From: a virus
Taxonomy: Duplodnaviria > Caudoviricetes
Direction: 5' to 3' (one strand)
DNA: 64,000 bases
Virus record (IMG/VR): IMGVR_UViG_3300028275_000007
Positions 9,381-21,400 of this stretch are shown one piece after another. The position numbers and the translations under genes are program-made. The notes under the pieces were generated by a model. That model searched no databases and was not told the DNA's origin. It saw nothing but the letters and a program-made list of their open reading frames with translations. The first letter of the stretch is position 1, and each line of letters starts with the position of its first letter.

Positions 9381-9707
9381 TTATGGTCCAATGAATACCC
9401 AACCGTATGAACCGCCGCTGTAAATCATTGTAATTGCAGCATTATTCAAATTCAAAACTAAATCTTCTGCTAAGTTTTGAATTTTGCTACCGTTTCTACC
9501 AATGGTTACATTGTTTGTAGCAAAAATTCCAGCCACATCAATAATTTGAAGTGTGTCACCAACGCTAGGTGATGCTGGTAATGTAATTGTAAATGCAGCT
9601 GAAGTTGCATCTGCAAAAATTCTCGTTCCTGCGGTAACAGTTGCTGAGCTAGTTAGCGTTTGATTAACTACTGAATCTGTCCCGAACGATGATACTTGTC
9701 TTCCCAT
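9381..9707 (-). CDS. Small fibre-associated protein, 108 aa
   Basis: TITLPASPSVGDTLQIIDVAG.FATNNVTIGRNG..I motif typical of T4-like tail fibre domains. Confidence 0.7.
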   Translation of the reverse strand: MGRQVSSFGTDSVVNQTLTSSATVTAGTRIFADATSAAFTITLPASPSVGDTLQIIDVAGIFATNNVTIGRNGSKIQNLAEDLVLNLNNAAITMIYSGGSYGWVFIGP

Positions 9708-9723
9708 GTTTATCTACTCCCTT

Positions 9724-10044
9724 TTATACTGTAGAGGTTTCTATGCCAAATGCACTTACACTTACGCTAGCATTGCTGGCATAGACAACTAAAAGTTTAC
9801 CTGTGTTCATCATAATTCCAGTTCTTTCTAGAACGCCATTTGGCCCAAGCTGTGCATCATATTCAATATATTCTGCGTTCGTAGGTGTTGATGAACTTGC
9901 TAGTGCAACTCTTACTGAAGCTGTGGTAGTTCCTCTGTTTACTATAAAAACTGATAATACAGTAAACGTAGTTGCTGGAACTGTATAAATGGTCGTATTT
10001 GTTGTAGCTGCTAAAGCTGCTTGACCTAAAATTCCTGTTGCCAT
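9724..10044 (-). CDS. Small beta-rich virion protein, 106 aa (paralog of 24246..24578 and 28400..28804)
   Basis: ORF track; shared pattern N....ASV.V.L......YI.....P.N.....G..L..G..L.V..S...SV......E. Confidence 0.7.
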   Translation of the reverse strand: MATGILGQAALAATTNTTIYTVPATTFTVLSVFIVNRGTTTASVRVALASSSTPTNAEYIEYDAQLGPNGVLERTGIMMNTGKLLVVYASNASVSVSAFGIETSTV

Positions 10045-10059
10045 TTATTAATTTCCCCG

Positions 10060-13000
10060 TTAATTGTTTAGTAAAAAGTAATTTAACACTAGCGCATCGC
10101 CTACAATACCGCCTTTGAAATTTACTTTTGTATTTATGTTAATCGCAACATTTGTAGTTGTTGCAATGGTTTGCCCTGCTATGTATATAACGCCCGCTGT
10201 TAGGGTGTTAACGTTCAAGCTGGAACCGCCGCCACCAATTTGGCTAGTAATATACGCTTTAATAGCACGTTGCGTTGGTACTACAGAGTCAGAATCTGCT
10301 GTAAAGAACGGATCTGTTGAGAATTCTGTAATTGTTGCACCTGATCCACCAAGTGCTACAGAACCCAAGCTCAATTCGTTCAATCCTGCAATGTTAAACG
10401 CATCAGCATTCAATGTAGCAATACCAGTTGCCTGTTCAACGTTGAACAATCCACCAACTCTAAAATTACCGTCTTGGTCAGTTGAAGTATAGAATACACG
10501 ACCACCTTCTGATAATCTGTATTCTTGCGCTGGAACTGGATCAACTAATGGTAAACCAGGATAGTTAGAACTAATAATATTACCTGTACCGATATCTAAC
10601 AAATCGTGACCTGTTAAACGAACCTGTGAATATCTACGTCTAATTGTGACCGCTGCTTCGTGCTCAGGTGCTTCCGCAGCACCTAGTGCTGGACTCAATT
10701 GTAGAGTAGCATTATAAGTTCCGTCACCATTTGGAATTAAACCAGTAACGTTAACTAATCTATACCATACATCGTCGATGCCTGCAATCTGTACGTTTGC
10801 ACCTGCTTTTGGAACGCCGTCTAAATTTTTAAACGACACATATGTACTTACCTGATAGTTGTCAGCATAACCATTACCAGATATGTCTGCAGATGCTGCG
10901 GTATATCCAGTTCCTCTGTTTGTGAACATTGGTTGTGCAATAGCACCGTTGCCAACTCTAACAGTTGAAGTTGCATCTGAGCCTGTGTTATTAGGATCAG
11001 TGATAGTCATTGTTGGAGGTGTAACATAACCCGAACCTGGCTCAGTGATCCAAATTTCAGTAATTTGATTATCTGGAGAAACGTATGCTCTAGCTCTTGT
11101 TGTTGCACCTTGGCGAATATTTTGTACGCCAGCAGTACCTGTTGCAAGAACAACCCATCTTGGATCTGCATTATAATTACCGAGTGCAGATGCTACAAAG
11201 TCTCTGCTTGCTAAGAATGCCGATGTACCAGATCCTGTTGTTAGTACAACATTAGAACCTCCTTGTGTTGTTGACACAGTGAATTCAGTGCTGCTAGGAA
11301 CGCTGGTAATATAATAGTAGCTTCCAGATATCAAACCGCCAAGTGTTGTTCCTGTAAACTTAACTTTATCTCCTGCACGTAAGTTTGTGGTAGAAGATGT
11401 TGTTACATAGTTTGTATTCAATACAAATGTAGCTTTAGATGCATATGTAGTACCAGTAGCAGCAGAAACTAATGTAGTTCCGCCGTAGGCTGCTGGTCCC
11501 CAGTTTCTGCTAGTTGCCTGTGCTGGTCCTTCGACCCAGGTAATACCATCTTCTGAGTATGCAGTTCTACTGCTACCGTAGGCAAATGCCACATATCCTG
11601 TACTTGCATACACAACCTTGTTCCAGTTTGCGGCGGCACCTGGCATTGTAGCTGCGGTCCAAGTTGTGCCGTTAGTACTGTATGCTGCCTTGGTAGTTGG
11701 TGTGCCGCTGCTACCTGCAACTGCAACAAACTTGCCATTACCAAATGTCACTGAAGACCAGTATGATGAACTTGGCAATGTGTTGCCTGAAGTCCAAGAT
11801 ACACCACCGTTGGTAGAATATGACGATGTTTGAGAACCAGTTGAATAACCAGATACTGTTACAATATAATTTGTTCCACCGATATTACCATAGGCAACAC
11901 TGGACATTTCTGACGAACCGCTGGTTACAGCAGAGTTAGTCCAGGTAGTACCATCTGTTGAATAGTTAACCGCTGCTCCGTCACCTCTTAGAGCAATATA
12001 TCTATCGCCTGCCCAAATTACCTGTTTCCAGTATGCGTTACCACTTAATGCATTAAGCTGTCCGGTCCAAGAAGTACCGTTCGATGAGTAAGCAATATTT
12101 CTTGTACCGCCGTTACCACCAATAATAGCAACATATTGATTCGTACCATTGTATGCAATACTTGTATATTCATATGTTGAGTTAACTGTTGGTAATGTGC
12201 TGTTTGTCCAAGATGTACCGTTTGTACTATACGCATATAAACCTGCTGAACCGCTGTAACCTACGGCATAGAAAGAAGAACCTGTATAAATTACATCAGT
12301 CCAAGTTCCAGAAGTCAATGCTGTTGATTCTGTAAATGCAGTAGAAATTTTATTTTTAGCAGTTGAAGTTGCATTTAATGAAGCAGTCGAGCCGTCTCTT
12401 AGTGTCCAGGTTACACCGTCTGGAGAAGTTGCTGAATATTCTCCTTTAGATGTTACGTAGAATACACCTTGACCGTAGTTGATGCTGCTCCACTCGTACA
12501 ATCCTGGTAGGTTACTCTTGTACCAAGTTGCTCCGTTAAAGCTGTACGCTGCCATTGCAGAGCTATCTGAAATAGCAACAAAACGCCCGTTACCGTAGGC
12601 AATGTCAACCCAATTAGATTCGGTAGAATCGTCGTTGCTTGGTAATGTAGTTACTGTCCAAGCGGCACCTGATGCTGAATATGCAACAGAATTTGAGAAA
12701 TTACCTTCAATTTCAACAAATCGTGATCCGCCATAGGCAATTGCAACAGCACCGTTAGCTATGGTGTTAATGCTCCATGAGGTTGCATTAGTAGATAATG
12801 CACGGAATGCGGATGATGAATCGCTTGCGGCAATTGCAACAAACGAACCATTTCCGTAGGCAACATCGCACCAATCAGCAACTTCGCTTAGGCTTGATGC
12901 TGTCCAGTTAATACCGTCTCTAGAATATGCACCGGTAGCAGATGCTTTTGCAACAGCTACGTAAAAACTAACACCGTTGATCGCTCCATAGGCAATTGAC

Positions 13001-16000
13001 GACCATTGATTATTTGGTTCACCGCCGCCGCCGCTGGCCGCAGTTGGCATTGTTACAGATGTCCAAGTTACGCCGTCTAAGGAGTAAGCAGCAACACCAG
13101 TACCAACTGCAACATATTTGTCGCTAATTGCAGTACCGCTGGATGTGATATACGAAATAGAGCCGCTTGGGCTGTTTACTGTTTCAACAGTGATTGTAAC
13201 ATCGTTTGCTGGAGAAGTTCCGCCGAGTAGGGCTCCGGAAATTGTTAAAGTATCTCCGGCAGTATACAATGCTCCTGGTACTACCAATTCTACTGTATAA
13301 ACACCTCTTCTTCTTGAAACATCAAATGTTGCTAAACTTCCAGTTCCGCCAGTTGCAGATAAACCAGTATATGCGCCATATCCGTCACCGTAGACAACAT
13401 CTGCCCAGGCTGCGCTTGTAGTAATGTCTGCTACAGTTTTTGTAAATGGAGGAGCAGTAAATGTCAATCTTGGAGTAATAACATAAGAACTTGTAACGTC
13501 TAATGCTGCTTCAATTGGAGTTCCGGCAACAATATGCTCCCAACCAGCTGTTCCTGTAGATGGTTTATAGATTGTTGCTATTTTAGAACCTGCACTATAT
13601 GTATTAATATAACCGTATTGTCCAGCACCTGTACCAGCAATAATATCAATTCTCATTCCTACATATGCTGCACTCGATGAAGTATCAGCAGCAGCTAGTG
13701 TAATTTGAGTTGTGTTTCCGTCTTGTGCTAGGTTTGCGGCAGTTACATAACCCACGCCACCAATGCCCGAACTATCGCCCGGATCGGTTAAACGAACATT
13801 GAATACTGCGCCATCTCTAAATTCATTTGCTACAGTAGTAACACCGTAACCAGCACCAGATGTTGTAAATGTTGCTTCAGTATAGTCTGTACCAGCATTG
13901 CCAAACTCATATGCTAATATTTGTTGTCCGTCAGTTAATACACTTCTAACGTTGGCTTCAGATGCACGGTTGTTAATTTGTCCTAATACTGGAACTTCTG
14001 TAACGTCAACACCTTCTGCCACAGAACCAAAGTCTCCGTAGGAGTTGTTACCGTTTGTAGCACGGATCTTACCACCGTTTTCTGCTAGATATCCAACGTG
14101 TGAGTAGTATGTGAACACAGAAACAAGTTCTGCACGTCCTAGGTTAGTTACCCACGCACCAATACCTCCAGAGATAACCTGTGTAAAGTCGTTGGAAACG
14201 ATAGAATCAACTCCGCCAGCGTGTAGTGATCCGTCAATCTTTTGACCTGTTGCTCCTGTACCAAAAGTTGTTACGTTTTGTACATATGTAGATCTTGTGG
14301 TTACCCATACACGATCGTCATTTGGACCCCAACCTGGATCTAGAGAAACATAAGCACCAGCTACTGGTCTGCGAGTACCAAATTCGTTGGCTTCGTATAG
14401 ACCGTCTGGATAACTTCCTGCACCGGAAATATTACCGTCCGAACTACCGTCTAAACCAAATAATGTTTGATTACGGATTCCGCAACCGTTTCTTACATAG
14501 AACATCCATTCTAATCTAGAACCTGTTAATGCACTTCTGTAGTAACGTGCTGCTCTTGTAGAGTTGTAGTTACCTGTGTACATCAAATCTTGAGAAATTG
14601 CTGTGATGTAGTTTCTTACATCATTCTCACAAGATGCCTGATTGTATGAATACTTAACAGTCATTGTGCCAGTTGCTGTTGATAAGTCAACTGGAGTAGT
14701 ACTGTCTAATGAAGTAGATACTTTAAATGTTGTAGCTGTTAATCCGCTAGCTAATACATAGTAAGTTGTCGAAGTTGTAACTCCACCAAATGTTGTACCT
14801 GTGAATACTACAGCATCACCTGCAACCATCCAAGTTTGAGAACTGCACGTAAATGTATCAGTTCCTCCGGTAGATGCTGTTACAGTTGCCTTGAATGTAT
14901 TAGCAATGTATGCGGTAGCTTCTGCAACCATGAATTCTTTGTTAAGTTCGAGAATTTTTCCGCCGTTGATAACATTAACATCAGTGTTTGGAAGATTTGT
15001 TCCAATAATAATTGGTGATGTTCCAGTATTAGCATAATTGATAATATCTGTCCACAATAGATCGGCTTGAACCACAGCTCCGCTGGCTGCTGCAAATGAT
15101 GCTTTCTTAGAAATAAAATCAATAATTGCTAGAGTTTCTGTTTTCTGAGATGTTAGAACAATACCTGTGCTTTCTAGACCTCTATAGTAGGCCATGCCGT
15201 TCTGAATAGATAAGAAGTTCGAACCAAACATCAAATCATAGCCAAGAGCATCAATCATATAACCAACGTCACGAGAACAAGTTGTTGTGTTAAAGTTTAG
15301 AGTTGGATATTCTCTCTTGATATATTGAACTGCATCTGCTTGAATGCTTGACTTTGCGGCATCTAAGACTGTTTTTGCAGTTACTAATGCTGTTGCTACC
15401 CAGGCGGTGCTTGGAGCGATTGTTGTAGGCTCAGTACCAGTATTGATAGTGTCGTACATTTCTTGGATGCGAGCCTGTGCAAATTGTGCAGCAGCTAAAG
15501 ATCCTGGTGTACCGCTAACATCTTGTGTTAAACCAGTAGTCTTTGTCCATCCTGCGGTATTACCTTGTGCAATATTGTCAATAATATCTTTGATGCGTAG
15601 TTGAACAGCTAGGGCTTGAGATTTCTCTCCAGTTTCAACAAACACGCCATTACTGTAGTAAGAACGTGCTGCAATTTGAGTTGCAAGGTTTCCGCCGTAG
15701 GTTAAGTCGTAGACCAATGCATCAACAATATAACCAACGTCACGCTCGCATTTTGTTTGTCCAGTTCCGCCATATACGAATCCAACAAACGGGCTAATGT
15801 TTCCAGAAATTTGTGCGTTAATCCATGCACTAACTTCAGATACTAAGAATGCCTTGTTTGCAAGAATTAATCTTCTTGCATTAAAGTAGCCTGTGTCATA
15901 ACCTGTTGGATCTGGATATACATAGGCATTGGCAGATCCTAATCCGTTAGCAACAATGTCTTTAATTTCAGCAGCGTTTGCAATTACTGAACTAACTGCT

Positions 16001-18354
16001 GTAGTGCTACCTGTGCTACCTGCAAGTTGTGCGGTAGTAATTTGAGTTTCAGTATTTCCAGTTGTTGGAGTAACAGAAACGTTAGTAATAATTTCGTCTG
16101 TAATAGCTTGTAGACGTGTTAATGTTGCAATTGTTTTTGCTTTGTCGTTTGTAGGAATAATCTTTCCACGAGGACTAATTCTTGCAGAACGTAGTTCGTC
16201 ACCAACAATGGCTGTATTTGCCGGTACGTGCATTGGAAGAACTTCATAGTACTCACCAGTTTTTACGTTAACTGTATAATTTGGAAGGTCCTCTAACGGC
16301 ATTCCGGCAGTTGTACCTGCGGTAACTGCATCTGTAATAATTGCTGCTAGGCTTACACAAACATCTTCTGCATCAGTTTCTGCTGTGTAGCTAGTATCGA
16401 TGATCTGTTTTGTCTTAGAAGAAACACCGTTTAATGTTTGGTAGTTTGCCGCTGGTGCTGTATTTGCTAAAACGCTTTGTAATACAGTAACACCGTAGTT
16501 GATTGCAGCAACTAATTGATCGTCTTCGTCTTGAATTGCAGTGATCAATGCTGTTCCTGCTGCGTTGAAGTAAGATTCAGTTGCTTCGCGAGTTTTTACG
16601 TTACCAGTATGTGTTAGGTCATAGATAATTGCGTCTACAATTAATCCCATATCACGTTCACATAGTGCATCGTTATCGTTGGTAAATCCAACCCAAATAC
16701 CTGTTGGATGTGCAATCTGATATTTCACCCATTCAGCAATTTCACGTTGAATGAATGTTCTATTCATTTTTAATAGATATGCTGCGTTAGGATACTCTGT
16801 TCCTGCTTCTACTTGTTCAAGAGCATAGCGAACGCTAGCCCAAGGTTTATCTAAAGTTGTTCCGTATGTTGGCGCAGGAGAATTTGTACCGCCTGGTGCA
16901 ACATAGAATACATTTTTAACTTGGCCAAAATATTTCCAAGTTGGAAGTCCTGAATTAACTGTTAATACTTGTCCTTCATCACCGACTGGCAAACGTGTTG
17001 GTCCAGCGCCGGAGTAGTAAACTAAATCACCGATTGATGTTAAAACACTTTCTTCATTACCAGCTGTTAATAGATTCCAATATGTGCCGGTGATATCATT
17101 ATCTGGTCGATCAGATCCTGTAGTAGCGGTGTGCGCTTGAACGCAAATATAGCTGTTTGGTCCGTACTTAACAGCGTCACCAAGTACGTATACAGAGCCA
17201 TTTAGCCAGTTTCCAGACCAATTAATACCTTCATTTAATTTTGACCAATATGATCCGTTTGGTGGTTTATGATTTGTACCATCTGCTGTAGCAACATAGG
17301 TGTAGCCGCCTAGTCTAACAATTTGTCCTACGCGATATGCAGTACCAGCATCCCAGTCACCAATTAACGTAAATCCGGTTGTGAATAAATCGTAATTTGT
17401 TGAATCATTAGATGGTGTGTCTGATGCTACTAAAGAATTCTTAACAATGTAAGTGTTTCCACCGTATTTTACTATGTCGCCTGGTTGATACTCAGTTGTC
17501 GATGCCCATTCACCTTTGAAGGAAACACCTTCGACAAATTGATTCCAGTTTGAGTTATCTGTTACAAAGTTTGCTGATGTGTGGTCTGTAACACAGATCC
17601 ATAATCCGCCGCTAGATTTAACTACATCGTTGACTTTGTATCGAACAGCAGATAACCAATCACCTTTATATTCGATGCCTCTGTTAAAATAGTCCCACTT
17701 GCCTTGATCGTTTTCTAGTCCTAATGAAACTGTAGCAGCTGATGTGTGGCCTTCATTACAAACGTATGTTGTTCCGCCATATTTGACAATGTCACCAATT
17801 TTATATTTTTCGTTGGTGCTCCAATCGCCCTTCCAGTCGTTGCCTTTGGTAAAGACATCCCATTTTCCTAAGTCAACTTCTAACCCGTCAGTGGTTGTTG
17901 AAGCCGATGTATGTGCTGTATTACATAGGTAAACATATCCGCCGTATTTTACTAGGTCATTAACTTTATAAACAGTATTTGTATCCCAAGATCCTGTCCA
18001 ATCAAAACTTTCCGCAAATAAATCCCAATCACTTTGGTTAGTTTCTAATACAGAGCTTGAAGTATGGCCGTTGTTACAAATATAAACATATCCGCCGTAT
18101 TTTACAATATCGTTTTGTTTATAAAGTGTAGTTGCTGTCCAATCACCTTTCCAAGATTGTCCATCGCTAAATTGGTTCCAACGTGCTGGAATATTTTCTA
18201 AATCTGTATAAAAATCTGCATCTGCGGTGTGACCAATAACGCACACGTAGGTCTTACCACCGTAAGCCACGATATCATCTTTGTAGTACGAAGTACCGGT
18301 TGCCCAGTTGTCTTTCCATACAAATTTAATTCTACCTAGTTTAAATTCAGCCAT
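10060..18354 (-). CDS. Giant multidomain tail fibre/appendage protein, 2764 aa
   Basis: N-terminal W.G.W...T.Y...D.VKYGG..Y.C...HTS repeats (CBM5/12-like), a beta-helix-like region, four C.RD[VM]G..[IV]DA-type modules, two blocks of S.[DN]G..W Asp-box-like repeats; C-terminus homologous to 18402..23870. Confidence 0.85.
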   Translation of the reverse strand: MAEFKLGRIKFVWKDNWATGTSYYKDDIVAYGGKTYVCVIGHTADADFYTDLENIPARWNQFSDGQSWKGDWTATTLYKQNDIVKYGGYVYICNNGHTSSSVLETNQSDWDLFAESFDWTGSWDTNTVYKVNDLVKYGGYVYLCNTAHTSASTTTDGLEVDLGKWDVFTKGNDWKGDWSTNEKYKIGDIVKYGGTTYVCNEGHTSAATVSLGLENDQGKWDYFNRGIEYKGDWLSAVRYKVNDVVKSSGGLWICVTDHTSANFVTDNSNWNQFVEGVSFKGEWASTTEYQPGDIVKYGGNTYIVKNSLVASDTPSNDSTNYDLFTTGFTLIGDWDAGTAYRVGQIVRLGGYTYVATADGTNHKPPNGSYWSKLNEGINWSGNWLNGSVYVLGDAVKYGPNSYICVQAHTATTGSDRPDNDITGTYWNLLTAGNEESVLTSIGDLVYYSGAGPTRLPVGDEGQVLTVNSGLPTWKYFGQVKNVFYVAPGGTNSPAPTYGTTLDKPWASVRYALEQVEAGTEYPNAAYLLKMNRTFIQREIAEWVKYQIAHPTGIWVGFTNDNDALCERDMGLIVDAIIYDLTHTGNVKTREATESYFNAAGTALITAIQDEDDQLVAAINYGVTVLQSVLANTAPAANYQTLNGVSSKTKQIIDTSYTAETDAEDVCVSLAAIITDAVTAGTTAGMPLEDLPNYTVNVKTGEYYEVLPMHVPANTAIVGDELRSARISPRGKIIPTNDKAKTIATLTRLQAITDEIITNVSVTPTTGNTETQITTAQLAGSTGSTTAVSSVIANAAEIKDIVANGLGSANAYVYPDPTGYDTGYFNARRLILANKAFLVSEVSAWINAQISGNISPFVGFVYGGTGQTKCERDVGYIVDALVYDLTYGGNLATQIAARSYYSNGVFVETGEKSQALAVQLRIKDIIDNIAQGNTAGWTKTTGLTQDVSGTPGSLAAAQFAQARIQEMYDTINTGTEPTTIAPSTAWVATALVTAKTVLDAAKSSIQADAVQYIKREYPTLNFNTTTCSRDVGYMIDALGYDLMFGSNFLSIQNGMAYYRGLESTGIVLTSQKTETLAIIDFISKKASFAAASGAVVQADLLWTDIINYANTGTSPIIIGTNLPNTDVNVINGGKILELNKEFMVAEATAYIANTFKATVTASTGGTDTFTCSSQTWMVAGDAVVFTGTTFGGVTTSTTYYVLASGLTATTFKVSTSLDSTTPVDLSTATGTMTVKYSYNQASCENDVRNYITAISQDLMYTGNYNSTRAARYYRSALTGSRLEWMFYVRNGCGIRNQTLFGLDGSSDGNISGAGSYPDGLYEANEFGTRRPVAGAYVSLDPGWGPNDDRVWVTTRSTYVQNVTTFGTGATGQKIDGSLHAGGVDSIVSNDFTQVISGGIGAWVTNLGRAELVSVFTYYSHVGYLAENGGKIRATNGNNSYGDFGSVAEGVDVTEVPVLGQINNRASEANVRSVLTDGQQILAYEFGNAGTDYTEATFTTSGAGYGVTTVANEFRDGAVFNVRLTDPGDSSGIGGVGYVTAANLAQDGNTTQITLAAADTSSSAAYVGMRIDIIAGTGAGQYGYINTYSAGSKIATIYKPSTGTAGWEHIVAGTPIEAALDVTSSYVITPRLTFTAPPFTKTVADITTSAAWADVVYGDGYGAYTGLSATGGTGSLATFDVSRRRGVYTVELVVPGALYTAGDTLTISGALLGGTSPANDVTITVETVNSPSGSISYITSSGTAISDKYVAVGTGVAAYSLDGVTWTSVTMPTAASGGGGEPNNQWSSIAYGAINGVSFYVAVAKASATGAYSRDGINWTASSLSEVADWCDVAYGNGSFVAIAASDSSSAFRALSTNATSWSINTIANGAVAIAYGGSRFVEIEGNFSNSVAYSASGAAWTVTTLPSNDDSTESNWVDIAYGNGRFVAISDSSAMAAYSFNGATWYKSNLPGLYEWSSINYGQGVFYVTSKGEYSATSPDGVTWTLRDGSTASLNATSTAKNKISTAFTESTALTSGTWTDVIYTGSSFYAVGYSGSAGLYAYSTNGTSWTNSTLPTVNSTYEYTSIAYNGTNQYVAIIGGNGGTRNIAYSSNGTSWTGQLNALSGNAYWKQVIWAGDRYIALRGDGAAVNYSTDGTTWTNSAVTSGSSEMSSVAYGNIGGTNYIVTVSGYSTGSQTSSYSTNGGVSWTSGNTLPSSSYWSSVTFGNGKFVAVAGSSGTPTTKAAYSTNGTTWTAATMPGAAANWNKVVYASTGYVAFAYGSSRTAYSEDGITWVEGPAQATSRNWGPAAYGGTTLVSAATGTTYASKATFVLNTNYVTTSSTTNLRAGDKVKFTGTTLGGLISGSYYYITSVPSSTEFTVSTTQGGSNVVLTTGSGTSAFLASRDFVASALGNYNADPRWVVLATGTAGVQNIRQGATTRARAYVSPDNQITEIWITEPGSGYVTPPTMTITDPNNTGSDATSTVRVGNGAIAQPMFTNRGTGYTAASADISGNGYADNYQVSTYVSFKNLDGVPKAGANVQIAGIDDVWYRLVNVTGLIPNGDGTYNATLQLSPALGAAEAPEHEAAVTIRRRYSQVRLTGHDLLDIGTGNIISSNYPGLPLVDPVPAQEYRLSEGGRVFYTSTDQDGNFRVGGLFNVEQATGIATLNADAFNIAGLNELSLGSVALGGSGATITEFSTDPFFTADSDSVVPTQRAIKAYITSQIGGGGSSLNVNTLTAGVIYIAGQTIATTTNVAININTKVNFKGGIVGDALVLNYFLLNN

Positions 18355-18380
18355 TTATAGCTCCATATTATTCTTAATCA

Positions 18381-18388
18381 TATTTATC
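18381..18388 (-). promoter_or_regulatory. Late promoter variant (GATAAATA)
   Basis: TAAATA core in the 47-nt gap upstream of the 2764-aa gene, followed by a GGAG RBS. Confidence 0.55.
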
Positions 18389-18401
18389 TAAAAAAATTAT
18401 C

Positions 18402-21400
18402 TCACGATTTTGTAAAATAATTCAATGCAAGTAACGTACCGTCTACTCCTCCGGTAAAGTTTACCTGGCTACCAAATATTAACTCATCTCCGCTGGTTGT
18501 AGATATTAGGTCTGGACCAATAGTTACAACACCTGCAGTCAACGATCCAGTGGTAGCATCTGAACCACCTCCTGAAACTCTTGCAGTCAAGTATGCTTTA
18601 ATTGCTCTCTGTGTAGGAACAATGTTATTACTGTCAGCGATAAAAGTTCTGTCTGTTGAGAATTCTCTAATAACTGTTCCAGAACCGCCTACAGAAACTC
18701 CACCTATTCTAATTTCTTCTAGACCTTCTAACTGGAAGAATTGTGCGTTTAATGTTACAGTACCTGTAGATTGTTCAACAGCAAATAATTCTCCGCAACG
18801 GAAATTACCTTCTTCGTCAGTTGATGTATAGAATACACGACCTCCGTTGGCTTCATATACCTGGTTTTCAGGAGATATTACTGACCCGTTTGGATTTAGT
18901 GTATCTGGATAATTTGTTTGATAGTAGTTTCCTAGACCAATTTCTAAGAAATCGTGACCTGTTATGCGGCATTGTGAATACAATTGTCTAATTGTTACAC
19001 CGGTACCGTGTTCAGGACTTTCTTCTCTACCTAAATCTTTAGCAATTTCTAATTGTGCTGTATAATTTCCGGTAGATCCTCCTAACACAACAGCTCTCAA
19101 CAGTTTATATGTGTAGTCGTTAATACCTGAAATATTAACGTTATCGCCCGGGCTTGGAATTCTATCTAATCCCTGTACAACTAGATATCCGCCTATTTGA
19201 TATTCATCTTTGTATCCGTCGCCAGAGACTGATACTCGTGTACTGGTTGTTTCGTATCCTTCACCTGCATTTAGAATGGTTGGGTTTCCTAAAACTCCGT
19301 TGCCTGTTCTTACCTGTACAAATACATCTGTGTCTGCATTTGGATCAACAATAGTCATAACCGGAGCAGAAGTATAACCACTACCTGGTTCCCAAATTGT
19401 TAATGCAGTCATTCTTCCGGCTACCACATATGCTCGTGCTCTAGCTGTGGCTCCTGTCTGTACAGATCTAACAATTGTAGAGTTTGCTGTAAGTCCTGCT
19501 AATACTAACCACTTTCCTGGTTTTGTATTTGCGCTATAGGTTACAGAACACCACGGAGATGAAGTTCCTAATGATTGGTAATTCCACAATACACCGTCTC
19601 TAGACGTTGCACATACTGTAGTTCCGTTAGCGACTGCAAAGAATATGCCCTGAGCATATGTAATTTCTCTCCAATCTTGTGCTTGAATAGTTTTTTCTGT
19701 CCAGGTAATACCATCCCAACTTATAGAAACTTCAGTTGCACCGGCATATCCTCCAGACAATGCAACAAATCTTCCGTTACCGTAGGCTAAAGAATAACTT
19801 CCCTGAGTGATTGAACCTAAGGTCCAGGTAATTGCATCAGAACTGTATGCTACTGCTGCTGAAGTAGAATCACTTAATGCTGTAGTCACATACTTGCCCT
19901 TACCATAGGCTACAGAATTCCAGTCAGCGCCTTCAGGAAGAGTAGATGCTATCCAAACCGATCCGTTTGTACTATAAGCAGCCTTAGTGCCACCGCTTGC
20001 TACAGCTACCCATTTTCCGTTACCGTAGGTAACATCACGCCATTCAGCAGTCGAAGGCATAGTCATTGATGACCAATTAATTCCATCAGTTGACGAAGCT
20101 GCGCTGCCGTTTGAAGCAAATGCCATAAAAATACCATTTACATAACGAACTCGAGTCCACAATGCTGAGGAAGGTAATGTTGTAGTATCCCAGGTCACAC
20201 CATTATCTGTGGTATATGCTACAGAATTTGTATCCAACGCTACAGTCACAGCAATTTCATCGCTGGCTGCAATGCTAGACCATTGTCTATTGGCTGGTAA
20301 AGTTTTAGCAGAACTACTAAAACCAGGACTACTCAAAGTTACTCTTGGTTCTATAAAATAATTTGTTGACTTATCTAGTGTAGGTTCGATGGCTCGACCT
20401 TCATCTAAATGTTCCCATCCTAATTGATGTAAGGTCATTGTGCCTACACCATTTACTAAATTAAATGTTGCTCCCGGACCTGCTGTGTCACTTATTGTAA
20501 TCGATGTACTGCTAACAATAGTTTTTACATAATAAACAGTCAATGATTCAATATTTCCGTATGTAGTTCCAGTAAACATTATAGGATCATTAACAGATAA
20601 TGCTGAAGTAGATCCTACAGTAACTCTCATTCCAGAGGATGATGTTCCAGTTACTGCAATAGAACTTGTTGATTCTTTAGCAATGTAAGCATATTTTCCA
20701 GTTTCGTCAAAGTCAGCAATATATCCATACTGTCCTGTGCCTGTTCCTCTTCCGATAACTAATCTTAGTCCTCTGTAGGCTTCAGCAGTTTCAATGTCTG
20801 AACCAGCTAACTGTATTGACACAGTATTTCCGCCTTGTGAAGAATTAGTAATAAATTTATATCCAAGGCCGCCTTCAGCAGACGAGTCTCCTGGATTAGC
20901 GATTCGAATTTCTTGTACACCGCCGTTTCTAAATTCATCAACTTCTACAGAAGCATTAATACCTGATCCAGTAATTGTAAATGTTCCGGCCGTGTATTCT
21001 ACACCTGCATTACTAAAGAACATTTTTTGAAGACCACCTTCGTCGTTGATTAATGTTTGATAAACGTCTGCATCATAGTATCTATTGTTAACTGTTGCTG
21101 TAATAGGTGTTTCAGCAATATTATATCCTTCTGAAACTGCACCTAATACTCCGTATGAACAGTTGCCGTTAGCAGCTCGAATTTTTCCACCGTTGGTTGC
21201 TAGGTAACCAATATAATTATAATATGTAAACACTGAAATACATTCAGTTCTTCCTGTGCCGTTGGCCCATACACCGATACCATCGCTGATAACCTGTGTA
21301 AAGTCGTTGGAAACCATAGTTTGATTTCCGCCAGAGTGTAGGTTTCCGTCAATCTTAAATCCAATACAGCCAGTACCAAAGGTTGTGCAGTTTTGAATAT